The translations under genes were made by a program, and so were the position numbers. Positions 53,348 through 60,703 of a DNA stretch of 60,703 bases are shown piece by piece (the first letter of the stretch is position 1; every line of letters starts with the position of its first letter). The stretch lies in NCBI GenBank assembly GCA_934778125.1, contig CAKVOF010000002.1:1-60703 (forward strand), given 5' to 3'. The notes beneath the pieces were generated by a model. That model was given only the letters and a program-made list of their open reading frames with translations, was not told the DNA's origin and searched no databases. The stretch is from an uncultured Clostridia bacterium. Its GTDB lineage: Bacteria; Bacillota; Clostridia; Christensenellales; UBA1242.

Positions 53348-54628
53348 TTATTTTAAGAAACCTTTATAGTTTCTCATTAACATTTGTGCATCTAATTGTT
53401 TATCAATTTCAATTGCAACTGAAACAACGATTAATAGTCCAGTTGCGCTAAATGCACCAACTAATCCACCTGTTCCAATTCCTTTAAATATTAAACTTGG
53501 AACTATTGCAATAATTGCAAGGAATATAGCACCAAATAATGTTATTCTATTAGATATTTTCTTTAAATATTGAGCTGTTGGTTTTCCTGGACGAATACCT
53601 GGAATGAAACCACCATTTTGCTGAATATTTTTAGATACATCTTCTGGATTAAATGTTATTTGAGTCCAGAAGTACGAGAAGAATGTGATTAATAAACCAA
53701 CAAGGATTATATAAACCCAACTGCCAGTTCCTAACCAGTTACTATACCATGTGTAGAACCCACTTTTAGGAGCAACAATACTCATAATTAATTGTGGGAA
53801 AGACAATATTGACATAGCAAAAATTATAGGCATAACACCTGTTGCGTTAACTCTAATAGGAATATGTGTGCTTTGCCCACCATACATTTTTCTTCCCTTA
53901 ACTTGCTTAGCATATTGAACAGGAATTTTTCTTTCAGCCATATCCATAAACACGATAAAACCGAAAATAAAAATTAATGCAACAATAAACAATACTAATT
54001 CCCAGATTTTTTCAGTGTTTCCACCTGCAATATCTTTGATAGTTGCAAGAATTGAAGAAGCAGCAGTAGATAGAATACCAACGAAAATCAATAGTGAAAC
54101 ACCATTAGAAATTCCGTATGCAGTAATTTTTTCACCTAACCAGTATGTGAACATAGCGCCAGCTACTAGAATTAAAACTACCATAGCACCAACTAACGCA
54201 CCTGGAAGAACATTAGTGTTTAATATTTCTTTATATCCTAGAACTATACCAATAGCTTGAACAAACGCTAAAATTAATGCCGTATATTTAGTGTATTCAG
54301 CTATTTTCTTCCTACCTTCCTCACCCATTTTAGAAAGTCTTTCTAATCTTGGGATTGCGATAGTAAGCAATTGAATAATAATAGAACTTGAAATATATGG
54401 GCTAACACCTAGTGCAAAAATCGCACCATTTGCTAATGCGCCACCACTAACAGAACTTAGCAAATTTAAGAAATCTTGACCTTGAATTTGCTCAGCGAAG
54501 CCATCTAAGTTTAATCCTGGAACTGGAATCCAGCAACCTAGGCGATAAACTAAGATTAATAGAAGTGTGATATAGATTTTAACTCTAATTTCTTTTACTT
54601 TAAAAGCGTTAATTAACGTTTTAAACAT
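53348..54628 (-). CDS. secY: preprotein translocase subunit SecY
   Basis: 10-TM protein in the canonical position. GALANGAIFALGVSPYISSSII motif. Confidence 0.95.
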   Translation of the reverse strand: MFKTLINAFKVKEIRVKIYITLLLILVYRLGCWIPVPGLNLDGFAEQIQGQDFLNLLSSVSGGALANGAIFALGVSPYISSSIIIQLLTIAIPRLERLSKMGEEGRKKIAEYTKYTALILAFVQAIGIVLGYKEILNTNVLPGALVGAMVVLILVAGAMFTYWLGEKITAYGISNGVSLLIFVGILSTAASSILATIKDIAGGNTEKIWELVLFIVALIFIFGFIVFMDMAERKIPVQYAKQVKGRKMYGGQSTHIPIRVNATGVMPIIFAMSILSFPQLIMSIVAPKSGFYTWYSNWLGTGSWVYIILVGLLITFFSYFWTQITFNPEDVSKNIQQNGGFIPGIRPGKPTAQYLKKISNRITLFGAIFLAIIAIVPSLIFKGIGTGGLVGAFSATGLLIVVSVAIEIDKQLDAQMLMRNYKGFLK

Positions 54629-55074
54629 TATAGCACCTCTGCTTTTCCACCCGCTTCATTGATTTTTTGTATTGCACTTTCAGAAAATTTATTTGCTTTA
54701 ACAGTTAAAGCCTTTGTTAAATTTCCATTACCCAACACCTTTAAACCATAAGGGGCGATTTTATTAATAATACCTTTCTCTTGAAGAAGTTCGACTGTTA
54801 CAACTGTGTTTGCTTTGAAATTTTCTAAATCAGAAACGTTAATAACATTGTATTCTTTTTTGAATAAAGCATTACTGAATCCTCTTCTAGGCAATCTTCT
54901 AACAAGTGGCATTTGACCACCTTCGAATCCTAATCTAACTCCACCACCACTTCTAGAGTTTTGACCTTTTGTTCCTCTTCCGCTTGTTTTACCAAGACCA
55001 GAACCAAGACCACGGCCAACACGTCTAGCACTAACTTGTGAATTAGGAGCTGGAGATAATTGATGTAATTTCAT
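54628..55074 (-). CDS. rplO: 50S ribosomal protein L15
   Basis: [12 protein letters not shown]...[18 protein letters not shown]. Confidence 0.95.
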   Translation of the reverse strand: MKLHQLSPAPNSQVSARRVGRGLGSGLGKTSGRGTKGQNSRSGGGVRLGFEGGQMPLVRRLPRRGFSNALFKKEYNVINVSDLENFKANTVVTVELLQEKGIINKIAPYGLKVLGNGNLTKALTVKANKFSESAIQKINEAGGKAEVL

Positions 55075-55085
55075 AATTTTTCCCC

Positions 55086-55547
55086 CTAGTTCATTTCTTC
55101 AACGCGAACTAAATGTTTAACTTTGAAGATCATACCTCTAATGCAAGCGTTATCAACTAGTTCGTTTGATGAATTTATTTTATTTAAACCAAGAGCTTTA
55201 ACAGTTCTTGCTTGGTCTTTATTGTAACCAATGTAACTTCTAATTAAAGTTACTCTAATCATTTTACCTTTTTTAGCAGGTTTTGTTGTTTTTTCAACTT
55301 TAACTTCTGCTTTTTTTGGTTCAACTTTAACTTCAGCAGATTTTGTTGTAGCTTTCTTTGCTGGTGTTTTAGCCACAGTTTTTGATGCTGTTGTTTTTGT
55401 TGCTGTATCCTTTTTTGCAGATGTTGATTTAGCTACTGTTTTTGCTGGAGTTTTGGTAGCTGTTTCTTTTTTTACTGCTGTTGATTTAGCTGAAGTAGAT
55501 TTTGTAGCAGTAGTTGATTTTGTTGTTGTTTTCTTAGTTTCTGCCAT
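55086..55547 (-). CDS. rpmD: 50S ribosomal protein L30 with a 95-aa K/A/T/S-rich N-terminal extension
   Basis: The canonical L30 core ([26 protein letters not shown]...) begins at residue 96. A strong GGAGGT SD lies 5 nt before the upstream ATG at 55547. Confidence 0.8.
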   Translation of the reverse strand: MAETKKTTTKSTTATKSTSAKSTAVKKETATKTPAKTVAKSTSAKKDTATKTTASKTVAKTPAKKATTKSAEVKVEPKKAEVKVEKTTKPAKKGKMIRVTLIRSYIGYNKDQARTVKALGLNKINSSNELVDNACIRGMIFKVKHLVRVEEMN

Positions 55548-55557
55548 AATTTACCTC

Positions 55558-56121
55558 CTATAAAATTTCCTCAACAGATTTTCCGCGAAGAAGTGCAACT
55601 TCTTCTTTTGATCTTAATTGTTGTAAAGCATTTAAAGTTGCTTTAACGCAATTAATTTTATTTCTTGAACCATAAGATTTTGCAGTGATATCTTTAATTC
55701 CACAAAGTTCAACAACTGGACGAACTGAACCACCAGCGATAACACCAGTACCTTCTTTAGAAGGAAGTAATTTAACCATACTTGTTCCGAATTTACCAAT
55801 AACTTCGTGTGGAATTGTTGTTCCATCTAATGAAATTTTAACCATATGTTTTTTAGCAAGTAATGTTGCTTTTTCAATAGCATTTGGAACTTCAGCTGCT
55901 TTAGCGTGACCTAAACCTACTTTTCCAGCTCTATCTCCAACTACGATTAGAGCACTGAAACGCATATTTCTACCACCCTTAACAACTTTAGTAATTCTAT
56001 TAACAGTTACTAACTTGCTAGCAATAGGATCAACTTCTTTTTCTCTTTTAACAAATTTCTTATCAGGTCTTTTTTCGAATGGTTTCTTCTCAAATGTTTT
56101 CTTTTCATTATTATTTTGCAT
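55558..56121 (-). CDS. rpsE: 30S ribosomal protein S5 (basic N-terminal extension)
   Basis: VNRITKVVKGGRNMRFSALIVVGD and the S5 C-terminal domain. Confidence 0.95.
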   Translation of the reverse strand: MQNNNEKKTFEKKPFEKRPDKKFVKREKEVDPIASKLVTVNRITKVVKGGRNMRFSALIVVGDRAGKVGLGHAKAAEVPNAIEKATLLAKKHMVKISLDGTTIPHEVIGKFGTSMVKLLPSKEGTGVIAGGSVRPVVELCGIKDITAKSYGSRNKINCVKATLNALQQLRSKEEVALLRGKSVEEIL

Positions 56122-56133
56122 GTGACCTTCTCC

Positions 56134-56502
56134 TTAAAACTTCAAGCCTGCATTTCTAGCGCCATCAGCTAATGCTTTAACTCTGCCAGTGTAAACATAA
56201 CCTGCTCTATCAAATACAACTGCTTTGATTTTAGCATCTAATGCTTTTTTAGCAACTGCTTCGCCTACTGCAAATGCAACCTCTTGTTTTGTTTTACCTT
56301 TTAAACTTTGTGCAAGATCTTTATCTAAAGATGAAGCACTAACAAGTGTTACACCTTTAGTGTCATCAATAATTTGACAAGATATATTGCTTAAACTTCT
56401 GAAAACATTTAAACGTGGAACTTTACGAGTGCCGGAAACCTTACGTCTAACTCTTTTAGCTCTGATTTTTCTTTCAGCATTTTTATCTACTTTATTAATC
56501 AT
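56134..56502 (-). CDS. rplR: 50S ribosomal protein L18
   Basis: [18 protein letters not shown]...[24 protein letters not shown]. Confidence 0.95.
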   Translation of the reverse strand: MINKVDKNAERKIRAKRVRRKVSGTRKVPRLNVFRSLSNISCQIIDDTKGVTLVSASSLDKDLAQSLKGKTKQEVAFAVGEAVAKKALDAKIKAVVFDRAGYVYTGRVKALADGARNAGLKF

Positions 56503-56522
56503 AATAGTTTACCTAACTCCTT

Positions 56523-57062
56523 TTATTTTTTTCCACTTTTAACTTCTTTTCTAACGATGACTTCATCATCGTAGCTAATGCCATATGCGTGATATGGTTC
56601 AACTGGTTTAATATCTCTAACATTAGCAGCAAATTGACCAACTTTTTCTTTATCGATGCCGGTTACGATAATTTGAGTTTTGTCACAAGAAAGTTTAATT
56701 CCTGGAACTGCTTTTAATTCAACTGGGTGAGAAAAACCAATATTCATAGTTAAGTTTTCACCGTTTTGAGTTACTTTATAACCAACGCCATTAATGTTTA
56801 ATTTTTTAGTGTAACCTTGGCTAACACCAACAACCATGTTATTAATTAATTGGCGTGATAAACCATAAATAGCTTTTAGTTTTGGATCAGTTGATTTAAC
56901 ACCAACTATAATTTCAGAACCTTCTTGCTTAATATCAATTCTAGGATTGATTTCACGAGAAAGAGTTCCTAGAGGACCAGTAACGGTAACTTTATTATTA
57001 TCATCAACTTCAACTTTAACATTTGCTGGAATTGAAATTGGTAATCTTCCTATTCTACTCAT
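56523..57062 (-). CDS. rplF: 50S ribosomal protein L6
   Basis: Start set at MSRIGRLPI (57062), preceded by AGGAGG. The track ORF starts 45 nt further upstream, inside rpsH. Confidence 0.9.
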   Translation of the reverse strand: MSRIGRLPISIPANVKVEVDDNNKVTVTGPLGTLSREINPRIDIKQEGSEIIVGVKSTDPKLKAIYGLSRQLINNMVVGVSQGYTKKLNINGVGYKVTQNGENLTMNIGFSHPVELKAVPGIKLSCDKTQIIVTGIDKEKVGQFAANVRDIKPVEPYHAYGISYDDEVIVRKEVKSGKK

Positions 57063-57072
57063 ATCTTTCCTC

Positions 57073-57471
57073 CTACCAAACGAAAGCCAAAACTTCACCA
57101 CCAACATTTTCTTGGCGTGCTTGTCTGTCTGTCATTAATCCTTTATTTGTTGAAACAATTGCAATACCTAAGCCATTAATAACTTTTGGAAGGTCTTCTG
57201 CACTAGCATAAATTCTTAAACCTGGTTTAGAGATTCTCTTTAATCCATTAATAACTTTTTCGCCATTAGGACCAAATTTAAATTCTATATTGATATTTGC
57301 TTTTGTGCCTTCACCATCAACATTATATGAAGCGATGAAACCTTCATCAAGTAATAGTTTTGCAATTGCTAATTTTGTTTTTGAAACTGGAACGGAAACA
57401 CTTTTATGTTTAGCACTCAAGCCATTTCTCATTCTTGTTAGCATATCTGCGATTGGATCTGTTACTATCAT
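57073..57471 (-). CDS. rpsH: 30S ribosomal protein S8
   Basis: Start set at [17 protein letters not shown] (57471), after AAGGAGA. Confidence 0.9.
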   Translation of the reverse strand: MIVTDPIADMLTRMRNGLSAKHKSVSVPVSKTKLAIAKLLLDEGFIASYNVDGEGTKANINIEFKFGPNGEKVINGLKRISKPGLRIYASAEDLPKVINGLGIAIVSTNKGLMTDRQARQENVGGEVLAFVW

Positions 57472-57485
57472 AAACTTATCTCCTT

Positions 57486-57671
57486 TTACCAACTTGACTT
57501 CTTAACACCAGGGATTTCGCCTTTGTATGCCAATTCTCTGAAGCAAATTCTGCAAATTCCGTATTTTTTCAAAACAGAATGAGGTCTGCCACAGATAGAG
57601 CAACGAGTGTATTCTCTGGTTGAGAATTTTTGTTCTTTTTGTTGTTTAACTTTTAATGCTTTTCTTGCCAT
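57486..57671 (-). CDS. rpsN: 30S ribosomal protein S14 type Z (zinc-binding, 61 aa)
   Basis: [23 protein letters not shown] has the CxxC...CxxC pattern. Confidence 0.95.
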   Translation of the reverse strand: MARKALKVKQQKEQKFSTREYTRCSICGRPHSVLKKYGICRICFRELAYKGEIPGVKKSSW

Positions 57672-57680
57672 TGCTTCCTC

Positions 57681-58229
57681 CTATTTCCTTTTAAAAGGCA
57701 TTCCCATATAATCTAAAAGTAACTTTGCGTCTTCATCTGTTCTAGCGTTTGTTACGATAACAACATCTAGACCACGAACTTTATCAATTTTCTCATAACT
57801 AATTTCTGGGAAAACTAATTGTTCTTTAAGACCTAATGCGTAATTTCCTTTTCCATCAAATGCCTTTGTTGAAATACCTTGGAAGTCTCTAACACGAGGA
57901 AGAGCGATAGAAATTAATCTATCTAAAAATTCATACATCTTTTCTCCTCTAAGAGTAACTTTTGCACCAACTTTATTCCCTTCTCTAACTTTGAAGTTAG
58001 CGATAGATTTTTTTGCAAAAGTTACAACTGGTTTTTGACCAGTGATTTGAGCTAACTCATCAACAGCTTTATTAAAGCTTTGAGCATTATCTTTGCAATC
58101 ACCTAAACCACGGTTTAAAACGATTTTTTCAATTTTTGGAACTTGGTTAACATTTTTATAACCTTTTTCCTTCATAATAGCAGGAACAACTTCTTCTAAA
58201 TATTTAACATGTAATCTGTTTTTTTCCAT
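57681..58229 (-). CDS. rplE: 50S ribosomal protein L5
   Basis: [18 protein letters not shown] and [16 protein letters not shown]. Confidence 0.95.
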   Translation of the reverse strand: MEKNRLHVKYLEEVVPAIMKEKGYKNVNQVPKIEKIVLNRGLGDCKDNAQSFNKAVDELAQITGQKPVVTFAKKSIANFKVREGNKVGAKVTLRGEKMYEFLDRLISIALPRVRDFQGISTKAFDGKGNYALGLKEQLVFPEISYEKIDKVRGLDVVIVTNARTDEDAKLLLDYMGMPFKRK

Positions 58230-58244
58230 AAATAATTATTCCTC

Positions 58245-58781
58245 CTATTTACCTGAACTCTTGCTAGAAGTCTTTCTAGTAGATGTTGTTGTAGATTTTT
58301 TTGCTGTAGTTGCTATATTTGCTTTTTCGCTCTTTGGAGCAGATTTTGTTGCAGTTTTGGTTGTTTTTGCTTTTGATGCTGTAGCAGACTTAGTTGCTGG
58401 TTTAACTGCTGTTTTAGTTGTAGATTTTTCAGAAGAAGCTTTAGTTGTTTTCTTGGCAACAACAGCTTTATCTAAAGAAGCTCCGCACTTTTTGCATACT
58501 CTTGATTTTTTGTCCCCTTCAATTGTGTGAGCAACTCTTGTTGCTTTACCGCAAGCTGGGCAAATGATTTGAGCATTTGAAGCATCAACTTTATTTTCTC
58601 TTTTGAAGATACCGCCTTTATCTTCAGCACTTCTTGCTTTTTTATGTTTAGAAACAATATTTACACCAGTTATAACAACAGCATTGTTTGCTGGATCAAC
58701 TGATAATACTTTTCCTGATTTACCTTTGTCTTTTCCAGCGATAACTAGAACGTTATCACCTTTTCTAATTTGCATAGCCAT
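58245..58781 (-). CDS. rplX: 50S ribosomal protein L24 with a CxxC...CxxC insert and a K/A/T/S-rich C-terminal tail of about 70 aa
   Basis: KOW core IRKGDNVLVIAGKDKGKSGKV, then ICPACGKATRV...RVCKKCGASLDK, then the low-complexity tail to residue 178. Confidence 0.85.
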   Translation of the reverse strand: MAMQIRKGDNVLVIAGKDKGKSGKVLSVDPANNAVVITGVNIVSKHKKARSAEDKGGIFKRENKVDASNAQIICPACGKATRVAHTIEGDKKSRVCKKCGASLDKAVVAKKTTKASSEKSTTKTAVKPATKSATASKAKTTKTATKSAPKSEKANIATTAKKSTTTSTRKTSSKSSGK

Positions 58782-58795
58782 ATAAACACCTTCCT

Positions 58796-59164
58796 TTAAA
58801 GAACCTCAGGAGCTAAAGAAATTATTTTCATAAATCCTTTATCTCTAAGTTCCCTTGCAATTGGTCCAAAGATACGAGTACCTTTTGGTAGTTTTTGGTT
58901 ATCAATGATAACTGCGGCATTATCATCAAATTTAATGTAAGAACCATCTGGTCTTGAAATACCTTTGTTTGTTCTTACGATAACGGCTTTAACAACGTCA
59001 CCTTTTTTAACAGCGCCACCAGGAGTTGCAGATTTAACAGAAGCAACGATAATATCGCCAATGTTTCCACTTCTTCTGAATGAACCACCTAAAATTCTAA
59101 TACACATTATCTTTTTAGCACCGCTATTATCGGCAACCTTAAGTATTGTTTGTGGTTGTACCAT
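58796..59164 (-). CDS. rplN: 50S ribosomal protein L14
   Basis: [28 protein letters not shown]. Confidence 0.95.
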   Translation of the reverse strand: MVQPQTILKVADNSGAKKIMCIRILGGSFRRSGNIGDIIVASVKSATPGGAVKKGDVVKAVIVRTNKGISRPDGSYIKFDDNAAVIIDNQKLPKGTRIFGPIARELRDKGFMKIISLAPEVL

Positions 59165-59175
59165 AATTTAACTCC

Positions 59176-59454
59176 TTATTTTGCTCTTTCTATTATTCTT
59201 ACTAATCTGAAATGTTTGTCCTTGCTTAGTGGACGTGTTTCCATAATCTCAACTGTGTCGCCAATATTGCATTCGTTCTTTTCATCGTGAGCTTTGAACT
59301 TCTTTGTTGATTTATAAACTTTGCTATAAAGTGGATGACGCTTGTTTGAAACAATAGAAACTGTGATAGTTTTGTCCATCTTATTGCTTGAAACAACACC
59401 GATTCTTGTTTTTCTTAAATTTCTATCAGTTGTTTTTTCTAAATCTCTTTCCAT
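59176..59454 (-). CDS. rpsQ: 30S ribosomal protein S17
   Basis: [19 protein letters not shown]. Start at the ATG at 59454, 5 nt after GGAGG. Confidence 0.9.
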   Translation of the reverse strand: MERDLEKTTDRNLRKTRIGVVSSNKMDKTITVSIVSNKRHPLYSKVYKSTKKFKAHDEKNECNIGDTVEIMETRPLSKDKHFRLVRIIERAK

Positions 59455-59471
59455 AATTTCCTCCATAGCGA

Positions 59472-59678
59472 TTATGCCTTAACCTTTATATTTAGCTCAC
59501 GTTCAGTTAAGATTGTTTTAATTCTTGCAATTTCTTTCTTGCAAGCATTAATTTGCATAGGGTTAGATAATTGCCCTGTTGCATTTGAAAAACGAAGGTT
59601 AAAAAGTTCTTGTTTTAATTCAACTAACTTTTTGTTTAGTTCTTCATTTGTTAAATCTCTTAAATTCTTATTCTTCAT
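59472..59678 (-). CDS. rpmC: 50S ribosomal protein L29
   Basis: Start at [30 protein letters not shown] (59678), overlapping the rplP 3' end by 11 nt. Confidence 0.9.
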   Translation of the reverse strand: MKNKNLRDLTNEELNKKLVELKQELFNLRFSNATGQLSNPMQINACKKEIARIKTILTERELNIKVKA

Positions 59679-60117
59679 GATCGTCACCGCCTTCAACAGC
59701 TTCCATTTGAGCTTTAGCTACAAATTTTGTTTTGCAAGGAAGTTTGTGTGAAGCAAGCCTCATAGCTTCTCTAGCTTGTTCTTCAGCAACACCAGCGATT
59801 TCAAATAGAACTCTACCTGGTTTAACAACAGCAACCCAAAATTCTGGAGCACCTTTACCTTTACCCATACGAGTATCAGCAGGTTTTTTAGTAACTGGTT
59901 TATGAGGGAAAATATTTATCCAAACTTTTCCGCCTCTTTTAGTGTAACGGTTAATTGCAATACGCGCAGCTTCAATTTGGTTGGCTTTTAACCAGCAAGG
60001 TTCAGTTGCAACTAAAGCATATTCACCATAAGCAATTTTATTTCCTCTTGAAGCAACACCAGTCATTCTGCCTCTATGTTGTCTTCTTCTTTTAACTCTT
60101 TTTGGCATTAATAACAT
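59668..60117 (-). CDS. rplP: 50S ribosomal protein L16
   Basis: Start at [16 protein letters not shown] (60117), 11 nt after GAGGGAGG. Confidence 0.9.
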   Translation of the reverse strand: MLLMPKRVKRRRQHRGRMTGVASRGNKIAYGEYALVATEPCWLKANQIEAARIAINRYTKRGGKVWINIFPHKPVTKKPADTRMGKGKGAPEFWVAVVKPGRVLFEIAGVAEEQAREAMRLASHKLPCKTKFVAKAQMEAVEGGDDHEE

Positions 60118-60118
60118 A

Positions 60119-60703
60119 TTAATTGTTACCTCCCTCTGTTGATTCAGGAGCTTCTGCAATAGTTACAGATTTTTTGCCTAGAATTTCACCCTTGCAAATC
60201 CAAACTTTAACACCAATAACACCGAAAGTTGTGTGTGCTTCACAAGTTCCGTAATCGATATCACTTCTTAAAGTTTGAAGAGGAAGGCGACCTTCATGAT
60301 AATGTTCGCTTCTAGCGATTTCTGCGCCATCTAAACGACCACTAACCATAACTTTGCAACCTTTAGCACCTGCTTTCATAACTCTTTGCATAGCCATCTT
60401 CATTGCGCGACGGAAGCTCATTCTTTTTTCAAGTTGTTGAGCAATTGTTTGAGCAACTAATTCGGCATCAAGATCAGGTCTTTTAACTTCTTTAATGTTT
60501 ACATTAACATTTTTAATAGAACTTATAGCAGAAATATCTTTTTTAAGTTCTTCAACGCCTGCACCCTTAGTTCCGATGATAACACCAGGACGAGCAGTAA
60601 AGATGTCAACTGTTAATCTTCCAGCAGTTCTTTCAATTTTAACATCAGAAACGCTAGATGCGGCATGCTTTTTATTGATTAATTTTCTAATATCATGGTC
60701 TTC
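60119..60703 (-). CDS. rpsC: 30S ribosomal protein S3, 5' end outside the window
   Basis: The frame is open to the window edge. It translates to ...[30 protein letters not shown]...[16 protein letters not shown]... Confidence 0.9.
   Translation of the reverse strand, partial: EDHDIRKLINKKHAASSVSDVKIERTAGRLTVDIFTARPGVIIGTKGAGVEELKKDISAISSIKNVNVNIKEVKRPDLDAELVAQTIAQQLEKRMSFRRAMKMAMQRVMKAGAKGCKVMVSGRLDGAEIARSEHYHEGRLPLQTLRSDIDYGTCEAHTTFGVIGVKVWICKGEILGKKSVTIAEAPESTEGGNN

Noticed and set aside
1-60703. Mollicutes-type genetic code (TGA = Trp), considered because of the very low GC and the plectrovirus-like element
   Set aside because: TGA terminates well-defined genes (for example 4240-4242 and 8092-8094). 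All ribosomal proteins and other conserved genes are full length under code 11, with Trp encoded by TGG.

Overview
AT-rich chromosome segment of Bacillota type, read with the standard code (TGA is a stop, for example at 4240-4242, and conserved genes are full length under code 11). It has three parts. (1) Nt 1-13.4 kb is accessory DNA. It holds a roughly 12.3-kb integrated element with a filamentous-phage gene set (Tubulavirales; inovirus or plectrovirus-like): an HUH rolling-circle Rep, a Zot/pI-like assembly ATPase, small hydrophobic coat-like proteins, a large adsorption-like protein and an RHH regulator. There is no tyrosine or serine integrase. An IS30-family DDE transposase sits at the right end, and the whole unit is bounded by 27-bp imperfect inverted repeats flanked by a perfect 17-bp direct repeat. 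Inside the element is a hairpin-dense island of about 240 nt at 54 % G+C (my count over 8141-8300, against about 25 % next to it), plus a hairpin and 26-bp iterons upstream of rep. (2) Nt 13.4-48 kb holds housekeeping genes: a LysM-GH18 protein, tsaC/sua5, metK, galE, a free-standing tRNA-Ala/tRNA-Ile pair, trxB, nrdD-nrdG (nrdD carries a C-terminal glutaredoxin-like fusion), a MacB-type ABC transporter, an ABC-F protein, truA, PFOR, tkt, ung, glmM and engB. (3) Nt 48-60.7 kb, on the minus strand, is the distal S10, spc and alpha ribosomal-protein cluster (rpsC to rplQ, with secY, adk, map, infA and rpoA). L30 and L24 carry long K/A/T-rich extensions. The best candidate for something new is the phage-like element that appears to be mobilised as an IS30-type transposon, together with its GC-rich structured island. 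All family assignments rest on motifs read by eye; no database search was possible.
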